Shown piece after piece: positions 34,527 through 44,706 of a stretch of 64,000 bases of DNA (position 1 is the first letter of the stretch; every line of letters starts with the position of its first letter). The DNA is taken from IMG/VR virus record IMGVR_UViG_3300042377_000359, positions 5,503 to 69,502 of that record; one strand, given 5' to 3'. The translations under genes and the position numbers were made by a program. This stretch comes from a virus. The notes beneath the pieces were generated by a model that did no database searches, was not told where the DNA came from, and worked only from the letters and a program-made list of their open reading frames with translations.

Positions 34527-34946
34527 ATGGCAATCGTAAAAAAAACAACAACCGTAGTAGCAAAGCCTGCTGCAAAACCTATGATGAAAAGGTCCCCTAT
34601 TGTAGCTAAGTCTACTACCATGGAAAAAATTGGCGGAGCTGATTGGAAAAAAGATTCTACTAAATTTATGAAAGCAAGTGCTGTTTTGGACTCAAATTCA
34701 TTTAGAGCATTAGCAAAAAAACCTGTTGTAAAAGGACCTAGAATAGATGCTGCTAAAAAAACTGTTTCTGATATTTCTAGTAAATATGACAAGAATATGG
34801 ATAAATCAATGAAGTTGAAATCTCCTGCTTTTGAAGCAAACAACAAACTTGCTAATTCTAATTTTGTTAAAAATAAATTAAAAGTAAAATTCATAGATTT
34901 CTACGGTACTGATTATCCTAAAATGCCAAAGTCAAAGAAAAAATAA
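34527..34946 (+). CDS. Lysine-rich protein 3
   Basis: MAIVKKTT start; ends SKKK. Confidence 0.7.
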   Translation: MAIVKKTTTVVAKPAAKPMMKRSPIVAKSTTMEKIGGADWKKDSTKFMKASAVLDSNSFRALAKKPVVKGPRIDAAKKTVSDISSKYDKNMDKSMKLKSPAFEANNKLANSNFVKNKLKVKFIDFYGTDYPKMPKSKKK

Positions 34947-35052
34947 GTAGTAAAAATACTACCTTTTATGAGTAATATATTATTAGTCAAGTATTATTAT
35001 TATAGTTTAATGAGAGCGTCTAGGCGCTCTCATATTATAAACAACACCTTAT

Positions 35053-35352
35053 ATGACAGAATCAACCCAGAGTTTGAATGATTTTGTAGTTTCTGAAGCT
35101 TACTTTAGAAAGAACATTGATCCGGAAGGAGATGCTATTTTAAAAGAACTTGGGTTGCCTACAAAGGAAGCATCGTACGAAGAGACTTGGGTTAGATATG
35201 CTATTCGTAAAGAAGAGATATGCGAGTTTAGGGAGTATGTTCTAAAGGAGAATTGTACTCTTGTGATGTTGTATTCTGGTCGGGATATTGTTCTTCGAAT
35301 TCCTTTTGATAGTTTTCTTCAAGCTGTTTCGCAAAGCGGTTCTTTCGTTTAG
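35053..35352 (+). CDS. Hypothetical protein
   Basis: 99 aa after a TGAGAGCG/CGCTCTCA hairpin. Confidence 0.6.
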   Translation: MTESTQSLNDFVVSEAYFRKNIDPEGDAILKELGLPTKEASYEETWVRYAIRKEEICEFREYVLKENCTLVMLYSGRDIVLRIPFDSFLQAVSQSGSFV

Positions 35353-35827
35353 TAATTGTCCATTTTATATTTTCCAACCTTGGGGCATAGGCCTGTTGCC
35401 CATCTACTTCTACTATTTGTGCAAGAAGCTTTTTGGGGTCTTTAATTCTAAATTTGTTTTTATGAGGTACTTTATATCGCACATTGTGGTTAATAAGCAT
35501 TCTCATTTTGGAAGCATTCCATATATCTGCATCAAATAGGGGATGGTTTTCTACATACTCATATGCGCCTTCTGGTTTGATGTGGTCGAATGACCGGCAA
35601 ATTGAACGGTCTGTAAAGAATTGTTTATTGTAAGAAAACTCTCTTCCATAATCCATTGGTATATACCTAGATACCTTCTCCTTGCCTACTTTTGTAATTG
35701 TACACAATCTAAATTCATGCGGAGTGCAGGCAAAGCATTTGTAGTATTTTTCGGTTATATTAAAAACAATATAAGGGGGAGCTAATGTCTTTTTCCTACA
35801 GAGAATATCACCTACGCTAATTTTCAT
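35228..35827 (-). CDS. Hypothetical protein
   Basis: 199 aa; lone minus-strand ORF filling a plus-strand gap; ISVGDIL start. Confidence 0.6.
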   Translation of the reverse strand: MKISVGDILCRKKTLAPPYIVFNITEKYYKCFACTPHEFRLCTITKVGKEKVSRYIPMDYGREFSYNKQFFTDRSICRSFDHIKPEGAYEYVENHPLFDADIWNASKMRMLINHNVRYKVPHKNKFRIKDPKKLLAQIVEVDGQQAYAPRLENIKWTITKRKNRFAKQLEENYQKEFEEQYPDQNTTSQEYNSPLEHTP

Positions 35828-35868
35828 ACTATTATTTGTATATTTGTATTATTACAAAGTTAATTAAA

Positions 35869-36183
35869 ATGTTCGATAAGATAAAAGAGGCATTTGGTAT
35901 AAAAGAAAAAAAGCAAGCCTCGCAGAAAATTTACTTTCATGGAGTGTCAGCTATTAAGGCTGTCCCGTTTATGGAAGGGGAAGAAAAGTTGATTATGTCA
36001 GGATATGTTCCTGATATGATTGTTTGGTTGCAAACTAATTGCACATATGACGGATGGATTAACATCAATATTGTCCCTAAAAAAGATAAGACTGAAACGA
36101 GATCACACGTTGCGTATTTAAATGAGAGATTAACAAAGAATGAAAAAACTGATAAAGCCGAGAAGACCGACGTTCCCGCTTGA
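35869..36183 (+). CDS. Hypothetical protein
   Basis: Probable start MFDKIK after the promoter box at 35839; GWININIV.KK....SH.AY pattern. Confidence 0.6.
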   Translation: MFDKIKEAFGIKEKKQASQKIYFHGVSAIKAVPFMEGEEKLIMSGYVPDMIVWLQTNCTYDGWININIVPKKDKTETRSHVAYLNERLTKNEKTDKAEKTDVPA

Positions 36184-36979
36184 GTTCCCTGATGTATTTA
36201 GGGAGTATATAAACAAGTTAGATAAATATGTTGAAGCCGTAGAGCAAAGAAAATACGAGCCAACTATTTTGATGAAGAAGGAAAACGAGAAGTTAAAGAA
36301 AATCATTAAACTCAATAGAATGGGTATTAATGTTCCTGAAGGGAAAGAAAATAGGCTACATATTCCTAAGCCTCAAATAAAAATCCTAAGACCATTAGAC
36401 TTTGTAATCAAGCAAGAAACATTCGATTTACTATCTTTTGATAGCTTCTTTTCTAAAAAACTAAAAATAGTTCATGTTAGGGATTTGCATCGAATGTTAA
36501 AGATGGCTAAGATGTTTATGTCTCCGGACAATAAATATGACTACCCATCTACGATATTGATGTTGTATGCTTTGTCATTGGAATACTTTACTAGGGATGG
36601 TGTTCGTGCTCTTTTAGCTCATTGTGTGAGTGAGAATAAGTCCGACAGGATATTATCTTTTTTAGTAAAGAATGAATACATTGCTTACAATTATGATTAT
36701 CGGGTTAAAAGAAAATTGTTTTTTATTACAACAAAAGGGAAAGAGGCAACGACTAATTTTTTCAAAGCATATAAAGAATACGAATTAAATATAAATTTTT
36801 ATGAACCTAATTTCAGATGGGCTTTTAGTAAAGCCGAAGGACCTAAACGAGAAAAGTACACATTCGCTAGGCAGTACAAGCATTTATATGGCAAGCCATT
36901 TCAGGCACAATTTGAGCGAACGAAATCCGTCAACAGCTATCATCGTGAACGCGCCTCAACAGAATCCTCTGAATCTTAA
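36140..36979 (+). CDS. Winged-helix-like DNA-binding protein
   Basis: ILSFLVKNEYI...LFFITTKGKE wing motif. Confidence 0.55.
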   Translation: MKKLIKPRRPTFPLEFPDVFREYINKLDKYVEAVEQRKYEPTILMKKENEKLKKIIKLNRMGINVPEGKENRLHIPKPQIKILRPLDFVIKQETFDLLSFDSFFSKKLKIVHVRDLHRMLKMAKMFMSPDNKYDYPSTILMLYALSLEYFTRDGVRALLAHCVSENKSDRILSFLVKNEYIAYNYDYRVKRKLFFITTKGKEATTNFFKAYKEYELNINFYEPNFRWAFSKAEGPKREKYTFARQYKHLYGKPFQAQFERTKSVNSYHRERASTESSES

Positions 36980-37382
36980 AGATGGGGATGAGGTAATTGT
37001 ACATTACCTTACATTTTTTGACCATAGTTATGAGATGCATAGAGGTATTATGTTTGGCGAAGAAAGGTTGTGGCCGATATCTTATTATGATGTATTTGCT
37101 GTAATTAGAGATGGTGAGTTGCATTCTGTTGGGGAATATGTTATAGGAGAGCAAGTTTTTGAAAAAGAATTTACATCAAGTTTTTTAATACTTCCTGATG
37201 GAGTTGGTGATAAAGTTAATGAAAGGCAGGCTGTTGTTTTGCATCCTGCGGATGGAAATAAAATTGGATTAGAGAGGGGTGATAAAGTATTATTGCTACC
37301 TTATTCAAATTATAAAATAGAATACGATGGTAAGGTATACCTTCGATTTAGAGAAAGTGAGGTTATTGCATTATGTCGTTAA
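36801..37382 (+). CDS. Two-domain GroES-like co-chaperonin
   Basis: LK.GDEVIVH and LERGDKVLL...Y.IEYDGKVYLR..E.EVIA; upstream of terminase. Confidence 0.7.
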   Translation: MNLISDGLLVKPKDLNEKSTHSLGSTSIYMASHFRHNLSERNPSTAIIVNAPQQNPLNLKDGDEVIVHYLTFFDHSYEMHRGIMFGEERLWPISYYDVFAVIRDGELHSVGEYVIGEQVFEKEFTSSFLILPDGVGDKVNERQAVVLHPADGNKIGLERGDKVLLLPYSNYKIEYDGKVYLRFRESEVIALCR

Positions 37383-37759
37383 TAGATAAAAATATACGTT
37401 CAGGAGATAAAACAGTTGATGATTATATTGAGAGGTTAGAAACAATGTTTAACTTTTCTAATTTGTATCGATTTATTATGGCTGCTAATGAAGTGGCCGG
37501 AGTGATGGCAGACGATATGAGTAAGATTGCTCAAGGCAAGAAAGATAAGTTAAAAATATTATCTGACGATAAGGACGATAAGTTTACTGAAAGGCTTACA
37601 ACTATTTTAAAACAAGTAGACGTAATTAAGAAAATATCAGCTGAAGCCGATTTGTTAATTGCCGCTGGTAAGGTTGAAGACCCTAAGAAAATAAAATTAG
37701 AAAGTGATTCTCCTGCTATAGAGCAGTTGATGCAGCATGCTAAGAAAAATAAATTTTAA
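37373..37759 (+). CDS. Possible terminase small subunit
   Basis: Helical 128 aa ORF TAATG-coupled to terL (position only). Confidence 0.45.
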   Translation: MSLIDKNIRSGDKTVDDYIERLETMFNFSNLYRFIMAANEVAGVMADDMSKIAQGKKDKLKILSDDKDDKFTERLTTILKQVDVIKKISAEADLLIAAGKVEDPKKIKLESDSPAIEQLMQHAKKNKF

Positions 37760-39798
37760 TGATTCCAAAGTCAGTCACAGTTAATGGATTAATTCTTAAT
37801 TTCCCTGAATATAAACAGGGAGAAGAGATTTTATTTAAAGACAAATCTATTGAAAATCAAATATGGGAGAGACAACCTGTGCCGGAACATTTCGAAGATG
37901 GTTGGTGGGAATCTCCAAATGACGAACAAGTTCAATGGTTCTTAAAAGAATTAGATAGAATTTTAAATGGGGTGTGGATTAGTGTTAATGGTGAAGTATT
38001 GTGGCTTACAGGGATTAATTATTTTTATCTTAACTATTGGATTTTAGATACAGGTGAATACCCTAGATACAGGATGTCCGATGTTCGGTTCTATTGGTGG
38101 TGGGCTATTTGCGAAGCTAATCCTAGATGCCTTGGTACAATCTTTACAAAGTTTCGTCGACAAGGCGCATCGTCTAGAGGTGCATGCATTAATATATATT
38201 ACGCGATTACTGAATCAAATATAAATTGTGGTATTGTTTCTAAAACAGGAGATGACGCGAAATCTATTTTCACAGATATGGTTGTAAATGGATTTAAGCA
38301 ATTAGAGGACTTCTTAAAGCCTCAATCTGCAGGTACGGATAAGTCGGCCAAGGAACTTGTTATAGCAAAGCAGGGAGAGCGTATGACTAAAACAAGACGT
38401 ATTGTTGGTAAGCAGGGAGGTTTGAATAATAGAATAGATTTTAAACCTACGGCAATCAACTCGTATGACGGTAAGAGATTACGATTCTTATTTGCTGACG
38501 AGACTGGTAAGTTCCCAAAAGATGTTCCATTCGATAAATATTGGTCCGTGGTTCGAAGGTGTTTGGTAGAGGGTGTTCGTAGAAGAGGTATGGCTTATGT
38601 TCCATCAACTGTCAATGAGATGGATAAGGGAGGAGAATCTTTTAAGAAGGTTTGGGATGCATCAAATCATTTAGTAAAGGAATGGGAAGAGATTACTGCA
38701 TCAGGTTTGTTAAAGTATTTTCAACCTGCTTTTGATGGATTTGAAGGTTATATCGGAAAGTATGGAGAATCTATTATTGATACGCCAACTCCTGATCAAT
38801 CACAATATTTAAAAGAAATTGGATGCCCCGACCCAAAAATAGGAGCAAAAGAATATCAAACAAAAGAAAGAAAAAGATTAATGAATATGGGTGATGAGGA
38901 AGCTTTGTCGGAGTATATCCGTCAGTTCCCGCATGTTGAGCGCGAAGCTTTTTATAAAGTAGCGTCTGACTCGCATTTCAATCCAATGCATATTAATCAG
39001 CAATTAGAAACAATTGAAGAGGTTAAGATGAAACCTAGAAGGGTTAATTTTATTAGAGATACTGTTACACAAAAAGTAAAGATAATGGAAGCTCACGATG
39101 GCAGGTGGCTTGTTGTTTGGGATTTTCCAAGCTCTAATCTATCTAATAACTGTTCTAATAGAAGAGGGATGCTTGAGCCTTTAAATACAAGAGACTTTGC
39201 GATGGGTTGTGACCCATTCTCTCATACCATTACATCAGGTAAGGGCTCTATGGCTGCGGCATTTATACACAGAAAGTTTACTCCGCTAGATGTAGCAAAT
39301 TCTGACATGCCGGTTGCTATGTATTGGGCTCGTCCAAAAGGTAAGCATACTGTTTTCTCTGATTGGGCTCTTGCCGCTGAATATTATGGGTGTAAAATAG
39401 GTGTCGAGGAAATTAACGATGAGTATTATTCTTGGTTTACAGAAAACCAATTAGATAAGTTTTTGATTTGGACTCCGATGGCATTGTCAAGAACAAACCA
39501 AAATAAAGCAATTAAACCAAGACCAGGTATCCCTGCAACTTCTCAAAAGGCTATTGAATACCATTTAACCATAATGGTTGAGTATATGCAACAAAATCAT
39601 AGTAAAGTTTGGTTTAAGGAATTATTAGAGGATATGATGGATTTTGATGTTGAGAATAGAACCATATTTGACTTAACTATGGCATTTGGATATTCGCTAA
39701 TTTCAGCAAAAGAGATGGATGCGCGCCCGGTTGCAGAGGCAAAATCATTACAAGCTTTGATACCAACTTATAAATTAGATGGGGGCAGTAGGTTTTGA
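37759..39798 (+). CDS. terL: Terminase large subunit
   Basis: KFRRQGAS Walker A variant, FLFADETGK Walker B, GCDPF nuclease motif, FDLTMAFG. Confidence 0.93.
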   Translation: MIPKSVTVNGLILNFPEYKQGEEILFKDKSIENQIWERQPVPEHFEDGWWESPNDEQVQWFLKELDRILNGVWISVNGEVLWLTGINYFYLNYWILDTGEYPRYRMSDVRFYWWWAICEANPRCLGTIFTKFRRQGASSRGACINIYYAITESNINCGIVSKTGDDAKSIFTDMVVNGFKQLEDFLKPQSAGTDKSAKELVIAKQGERMTKTRRIVGKQGGLNNRIDFKPTAINSYDGKRLRFLFADETGKFPKDVPFDKYWSVVRRCLVEGVRRRGMAYVPSTVNEMDKGGESFKKVWDASNHLVKEWEEITASGLLKYFQPAFDGFEGYIGKYGESIIDTPTPDQSQYLKEIGCPDPKIGAKEYQTKERKRLMNMGDEEALSEYIRQFPHVEREAFYKVASDSHFNPMHINQQLETIEEVKMKPRRVNFIRDTVTQKVKIMEAHDGRWLVVWDFPSSNLSNNCSNRRGMLEPLNTRDFAMGCDPFSHTITSGKGSMAAAFIHRKFTPLDVANSDMPVAMYWARPKGKHTVFSDWALAAEYYGCKIGVEEINDEYYSWFTENQLDKFLIWTPMALSRTNQNKAIKPRPGIPATSQKAIEYHLTIMVEYMQQNHSKVWFKELLEDMMDFDVENRTIFDLTMAFGYSLISAKEMDARPVAEAKSLQALIPTYKLDGGSRF

Positions 39799-39870
39799 TA
39801 TTATTTTTTTTCGTATATTTGCTTACGACTCATACTTTGATTTAGTCTAAATAAAAACTATATTTGTTGC

Positions 39871-42231
39871 ATGGATTATTCAGCAAGGGCTTTTCCAAGT
39901 CCAATTGAACCAGATGAAGTAAAGAAAACGAATGAATACGGTGTTCGTGTGGCTAAGGCTGCGTATGCTCCATTTGACTTATCTAATCAATATATCATTG
40001 CCAGAAACTTACGTTTTATGGAAAATGATTTATTTTTTCAAGGTAATCAGCCGTTAGCACCATATTTAAAGTTACTTGATACTGATGGTAAGGATAGTTT
40101 CTTAAATATAGATTTTTACCCAACTCCTATTGTAAAGAAGTATGGAAAGATTGTAATCAATGGTTACATGAATTCCGTTGAAAAGGTTGTTGCTACCTCT
40201 ATGAATAAACTTGTTCAAGAGCGTAAAACAAAAAAGAAATTAGAGGCTCAGTTTAGAATGGATGAGAAAGATTTCATCGCAGCAGCAGAGCAAGAAACTG
40301 GAATGCAATTAGAAGATCCAAAAGCATTTACTCCTGAATCAAAAGAGGAATTAGATATTTGGTCTGAAATGAATGATAAAGAACGTGAAGAGTTATTGAT
40401 GCAAGAAGCTTTACGCTTTGCATTTAATGATAATAACGTTTTAGACCAGCTTAAAGAAAGAATTTTAACAGACGGATTTAAGAAATCTTTAGCTGCTACA
40501 TTTACTTATGTAGATGATAACGGTAAGGTAAAAGTTAAATTTATCCGTCCGGAATATTTTATATATGGCCATTCAGATAGAAATGATTTAACTGATTGTA
40601 ATTATTTTGGTCACTACGAATTGATGAGTATTTCAGAAGCTCGTTTAAGATTTAAAACAGATGAGAAATTTCTTTATAGTATTGCTAAATCATTTGGTGG
40701 TATTTATGGTAACTCTGCAGTAAATTACGAATGGAACAATGGTTGGTACAGTTCAGCTGTAAGACCTTATGATGATTTCGTGGTTAAGGTAATGCACGTT
40801 TGGTTTAAGGCCGTTAAGAATATTAATTATGTTGTAGGTAAAACTAGTAAAGGTCGTAGCTTCTTTGATTTGATGAACAAAGAGACTAATCCTACTAATC
40901 CTGAAAAAAGAGCAGGCAAGAAAGAAGTAATGACTGCTTACGAAGGTTGGTGGTATGTTGGAACTAATACAATGGCCGAGTGGGGTGAATCTAAAAACCA
41001 AATTCGTCGTAATCCTAATTTAGAGGAAGTGTATAGTCCTTATGTTTCATATATGTGGGATAACGATGGTAACATGAGACCTACTTCACATGTTGATAAT
41101 ATCAAGTCTGAAGTAAGAGGAATGGATTTAGCTAAGATTAAAATCCAACAAATTATGGCAAAAGCTGCTCCTGATGGATTTTATATTGACATTGATGGGT
41201 TATATGATATTGAATTAAGCAAAGGTGCAGGTGTTGTTACTCCTATGAAATTAGTAAGTATTGCTCAACAAACGGGTAATGTTTATTACAGAAGTAATAA
41301 TATGAGTGGTGACCCTAATAACTCAAGAAGACCTATCGAGCCAAACCAAACTTCATTTGGAAGTAAATTAACTGAATTAATTAATATTTATAACTTCCAT
41401 TTAAATAACGTTAGAGATTATTTAGGTGTAAACGAATACAGAGAAGGTAGCGCAGTTAACCCTAAGTTAGGTCTTGGAGTTATGCAACAGGCTATTTCAG
41501 CTTCTAATAACGCTACTGCAGATTTATATGCAGGTTGGTTGAATATGGGTTCTAGAATTGCTACAAACGTAGGTCAATTAATCTGGGACTCTTTGAAATA
41601 CGGAACTGATTATCAAGGTTATAAAAGAATATTAGGTGAAGAAAATGTTGCTTTTCTTAAAGAAGCTAAAGAAATTACTGATAGTAATTATGATTTAAAA
41701 CTTGAAGTAAAAGCTGATCCTTTCGAAAAACAAAAAATAGAACAAGATATAAATGCAGCATTAGCAGGTGGATTAATTGAGATGGAAGATGCTATTTATA
41801 TTAAAAATATTGACGATGTAAAACTTGGATACCGATATATGGTATACATGCAAAAGAAACGTCGCAAAGAAAAGATGGAAGAGGCACAAATGAATTCTGA
41901 ACAAAACGCACAGATTCAACAAGCTTCTATGCAAGGTAAGGCTCAGGCTGATATGGCTGTATCACAAGCTAAAGCTCAGTCTGAAGTTATTGTAATGACA
42001 TCTAAATTAAAAGGTGAATTAGAAGTAGATAAGCGTAAATTCTTATATCAAATGCAATTAGAAGCATTTAAAATAGGAAAGGCTGTAGAGCCACAAATTC
42101 AAGCTCAAATTGACGAAATGTTAATGGATGATGAGCAAGCAAGACAAATGGACGAGGAATTATTAAACCAACAATATGGAAACGAATCAGAATCAGGAAT
42201 TGAACAGCCAAGCGGGGATCAACCCGTTTGA
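39871..42231 (+). CDS. Portal protein
   Basis: 786 aa directly after terL; YLGVNEYREGS...GLGVMQQA...SNNAT and a Gln-rich C-terminal barrel. Confidence 0.88.
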   Translation: MDYSARAFPSPIEPDEVKKTNEYGVRVAKAAYAPFDLSNQYIIARNLRFMENDLFFQGNQPLAPYLKLLDTDGKDSFLNIDFYPTPIVKKYGKIVINGYMNSVEKVVATSMNKLVQERKTKKKLEAQFRMDEKDFIAAAEQETGMQLEDPKAFTPESKEELDIWSEMNDKEREELLMQEALRFAFNDNNVLDQLKERILTDGFKKSLAATFTYVDDNGKVKVKFIRPEYFIYGHSDRNDLTDCNYFGHYELMSISEARLRFKTDEKFLYSIAKSFGGIYGNSAVNYEWNNGWYSSAVRPYDDFVVKVMHVWFKAVKNINYVVGKTSKGRSFFDLMNKETNPTNPEKRAGKKEVMTAYEGWWYVGTNTMAEWGESKNQIRRNPNLEEVYSPYVSYMWDNDGNMRPTSHVDNIKSEVRGMDLAKIKIQQIMAKAAPDGFYIDIDGLYDIELSKGAGVVTPMKLVSIAQQTGNVYYRSNNMSGDPNNSRRPIEPNQTSFGSKLTELINIYNFHLNNVRDYLGVNEYREGSAVNPKLGLGVMQQAISASNNATADLYAGWLNMGSRIATNVGQLIWDSLKYGTDYQGYKRILGEENVAFLKEAKEITDSNYDLKLEVKADPFEKQKIEQDINAALAGGLIEMEDAIYIKNIDDVKLGYRYMVYMQKKRRKEKMEEAQMNSEQNAQIQQASMQGKAQADMAVSQAKAQSEVIVMTSKLKGELEVDKRKFLYQMQLEAFKIGKAVEPQIQAQIDEMLMDDEQARQMDEELLNQQYGNESESGIEQPSGDQPV

Positions 42232-43249
42232 GAGTGATGAATCTTTAGCAGCCTTTATTGGCGGTCAAAGAGGGGAATCACAACAATTTACAGAGACTCA
42301 AGAAGAGACTGTAGTTGAAACACAACAAACAGAAGAGACTAGTGCTCCTGTAGAACCACAAATAACTGATGAGTTATTTAATAAATGGTTAGAGCAAAAA
42401 ACAGATGGTAAGTTTAAGCAATTAAACGAAATCCCTGTTGCTGATTTATCAGATGAATCAAGAGAGCTTTATGAGCTTTTGAAAGAAGGTAAAACCGATG
42501 AGGTATACGATTATATCGTAAAGTCAAAAGTTAATTACAAAGAATGGGACCAAACGGATTTGCTAGTTGAAAAGATTAGAAAAGAAAATCCCGGTCTTGA
42601 AGATTCTGATATTGAAGATATCTTACTTCACGATTATAAGTTGTATGACTTAACTGAAGAGGAGAAAGATAATTTGACTTCTAGTGAGCTTGCTCGTTGG
42701 GAAGCAGATAAAAAAAGAGCCAATATTAATGCTAAACGCGATGCTGAGTCAATGCGTGCAGAATTAGAGGCTTCTAGAAAAGAAATAGTATTACCAAAGA
42801 TAGAGAAAATCACACCGGTTGAAACCAAGGATCCAAACGAGATTACACCTGAACAAATTCAGGCAGCTCAGGAAGCTTGGGATCAAGAAGTTGATAGCAC
42901 CTTACCACAAGTGAAGGACTTATCTTTTGATTTTAAAATTGGCGAAGAAGGGGAAAATTATTCGACCACATTTAAATTAGAAGGTGACCAAGAGCAAGCG
43001 GTAAAAAATGCGCTAAAAACATCTTACGAACCAGGAGATGAAAAACTTACCTTCCAACAGCTTGTTGAAAAACAAACTTTTAAGTTGTATGGTAAGCAAA
43101 TTCTTAATGCTGCAATTAAAGACGCTGTTGCGAAAGCACAGGAGAGATTCGTTGAGAAGGAGTTGAAACGAGTTACACTTGAACCAGGGTCTAGAAGAGG
43201 AGCAGATTCGAATGACAAAAACATCTATCTTGATATGCTAAATCAATAA
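42176..43249 (+). CDS. Scaffolding-like acidic protein
   Basis: Very acidic and helical; between portal and capsid. Confidence 0.7.
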   Translation: METNQNQELNSQAGINPFESDESLAAFIGGQRGESQQFTETQEETVVETQQTEETSAPVEPQITDELFNKWLEQKTDGKFKQLNEIPVADLSDESRELYELLKEGKTDEVYDYIVKSKVNYKEWDQTDLLVEKIRKENPGLEDSDIEDILLHDYKLYDLTEEEKDNLTSSELARWEADKKRANINAKRDAESMRAELEASRKEIVLPKIEKITPVETKDPNEITPEQIQAAQEAWDQEVDSTLPQVKDLSFDFKIGEEGENYSTTFKLEGDQEQAVKNALKTSYEPGDEKLTFQQLVEKQTFKLYGKQILNAAIKDAVAKAQERFVEKELKRVTLEPGSRRGADSNDKNIYLDMLNQ

Positions 43250-43279
43250 ATGTTTAACAAATTCTAAATTCTAAAGAAA

Positions 43280-44641
43280 ATGAGTATTACAACTCCTAAT
43301 GCGTTCTCGAAATCAACGATGAACGTACAAACGATAACAGATTTATCGTTCTTAAACCCATTAACCTCTACTTACGATGGTTTCATTCAGAAATATCCAT
43401 TATTAAGCAAGAAGTCATACATTTTGATGACTGAGGCTGAAGGTAAAATTAAATTTACTGAAAACCGTAAATTCTACCACAATGAAAAAGTTGGTAAGGC
43501 TTTACCTGCTTTCGTTGCTGCTGCAAACGTTGCTGCTCCAGATCCAGTTACTGACCCTGTTGTTGTAACTTTAGGTACTGGTTCTTACCAAAATGCTGGT
43601 ACTTTATCACCAGTTGCTGTTGGTCAAGTTTACCGTAACGAAGTTAATGGTAACAAATATGAGGTTACTGCTGTAAATAAAACTACTCCAAGTGCTCATA
43701 CTGCTACATTAAAGCCGTTATCTACTCCATCTGTTGCAACTGTAACTGCTGGTGCTAGTTTCGTATTCTTAGTTAACATCGTAGGAGAAGCTTCTACAAC
43801 TAAGGATGGTTTATATGTAAATCGTGAGCAAATCACCAATGAATTAGTTACAATCCGTTCTTTCCAAAAGTACACAGATTGGTCTAAACAAAACGTTACA
43901 GAGATTAAAGATGCTCAAGGTAACTTCATGGGAATCGAGAAATTAAACGACCCTATGGAAATCGAGCGTTTCTTACAAATGCAAGAAGTTTACTTAATGG
44001 ACGCTGCTCCAGTAACTAACTCTTCTACATTAGGTAATGTTAACAAAGGTTTATTAGAATCAGTTACGGAAAGTTATACTTCAGCTACGACTGTTGATGA
44101 TGCCTTCTTTGCAGAATTAAGACGTAGAAGTGATGCAAATGGTTATACTAATAACTATGATATGCTTTACGATACTGAATTAATGATTAAAGTTTCTAAC
44201 TACATCAAATCTAGCTACCAAAATGGTGCTATCATTTATGTTGATGCTGCTAACTCTGGAAAACCAATGAGTGTTGCTGCAAACTTCCGTTCATATTCAA
44301 TCTACGGATTGCAATTAAATATGATGGATTATGCATTCTTCAACTCAGCACAAGTTTGGGGTATCAACCCAGCTCAAGGTTTCTACAAAAACTTTGCATT
44401 AATGGTTCCTCAAGGTTTAGGTTCAGACTTCCAAACAGGAGAAAGAATCCCTCACTTTGGTGTTCGTTATACAACTGTTGATGGTAAACCAGAAGGTGAA
44501 GTTATCAAGGTTATCAAAACTGGAGGTTTGGCACCAGTGCCTACTGACCAAGAGTTATCAGTAACTGTATCACATACGACTAACAAAGCTGTTCAAGTAT
44601 TTGCCGCTAACGGTTACTTGAAAATTGATTTGAATGCGTAA
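43280..44641 (+). CDS. Major capsid protein
   Basis: 453 aa, position, strongly biased codons, terminator directly after. Confidence 0.85.
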   Translation: MSITTPNAFSKSTMNVQTITDLSFLNPLTSTYDGFIQKYPLLSKKSYILMTEAEGKIKFTENRKFYHNEKVGKALPAFVAAANVAAPDPVTDPVVVTLGTGSYQNAGTLSPVAVGQVYRNEVNGNKYEVTAVNKTTPSAHTATLKPLSTPSVATVTAGASFVFLVNIVGEASTTKDGLYVNREQITNELVTIRSFQKYTDWSKQNVTEIKDAQGNFMGIEKLNDPMEIERFLQMQEVYLMDAAPVTNSSTLGNVNKGLLESVTESYTSATTVDDAFFAELRRRSDANGYTNNYDMLYDTELMIKVSNYIKSSYQNGAIIYVDAANSGKPMSVAANFRSYSIYGLQLNMMDYAFFNSAQVWGINPAQGFYKNFALMVPQGLGSDFQTGERIPHFGVRYTTVDGKPEGEVIKVIKTGGLAPVPTDQELSVTVSHTTNKAVQVFAANGYLKIDLNA

Positions 44642-44650
44642 TTTTTTTCT

Positions 44651-44686
44651 AAAGGGGGTATCTTCGGATACTCCCTTTATTATTTT
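44651..44686 (+). terminator. Intrinsic terminator after capsid gene
   Basis: AAAGGGGGTATC-TTCG-GATACTCCCTTT followed by a T-rich tail. Confidence 0.8.
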
Positions 44687-44706
44687 GAATTTAACTTAAA
44701 TTATAT

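Noticed and set aside
34091-34894. 267-aa minus-strand ORF
   Set aside because: Antisense shadow of the lysine-rich genes (Phe/Leu-rich, spans two plus-strand genes); no motif
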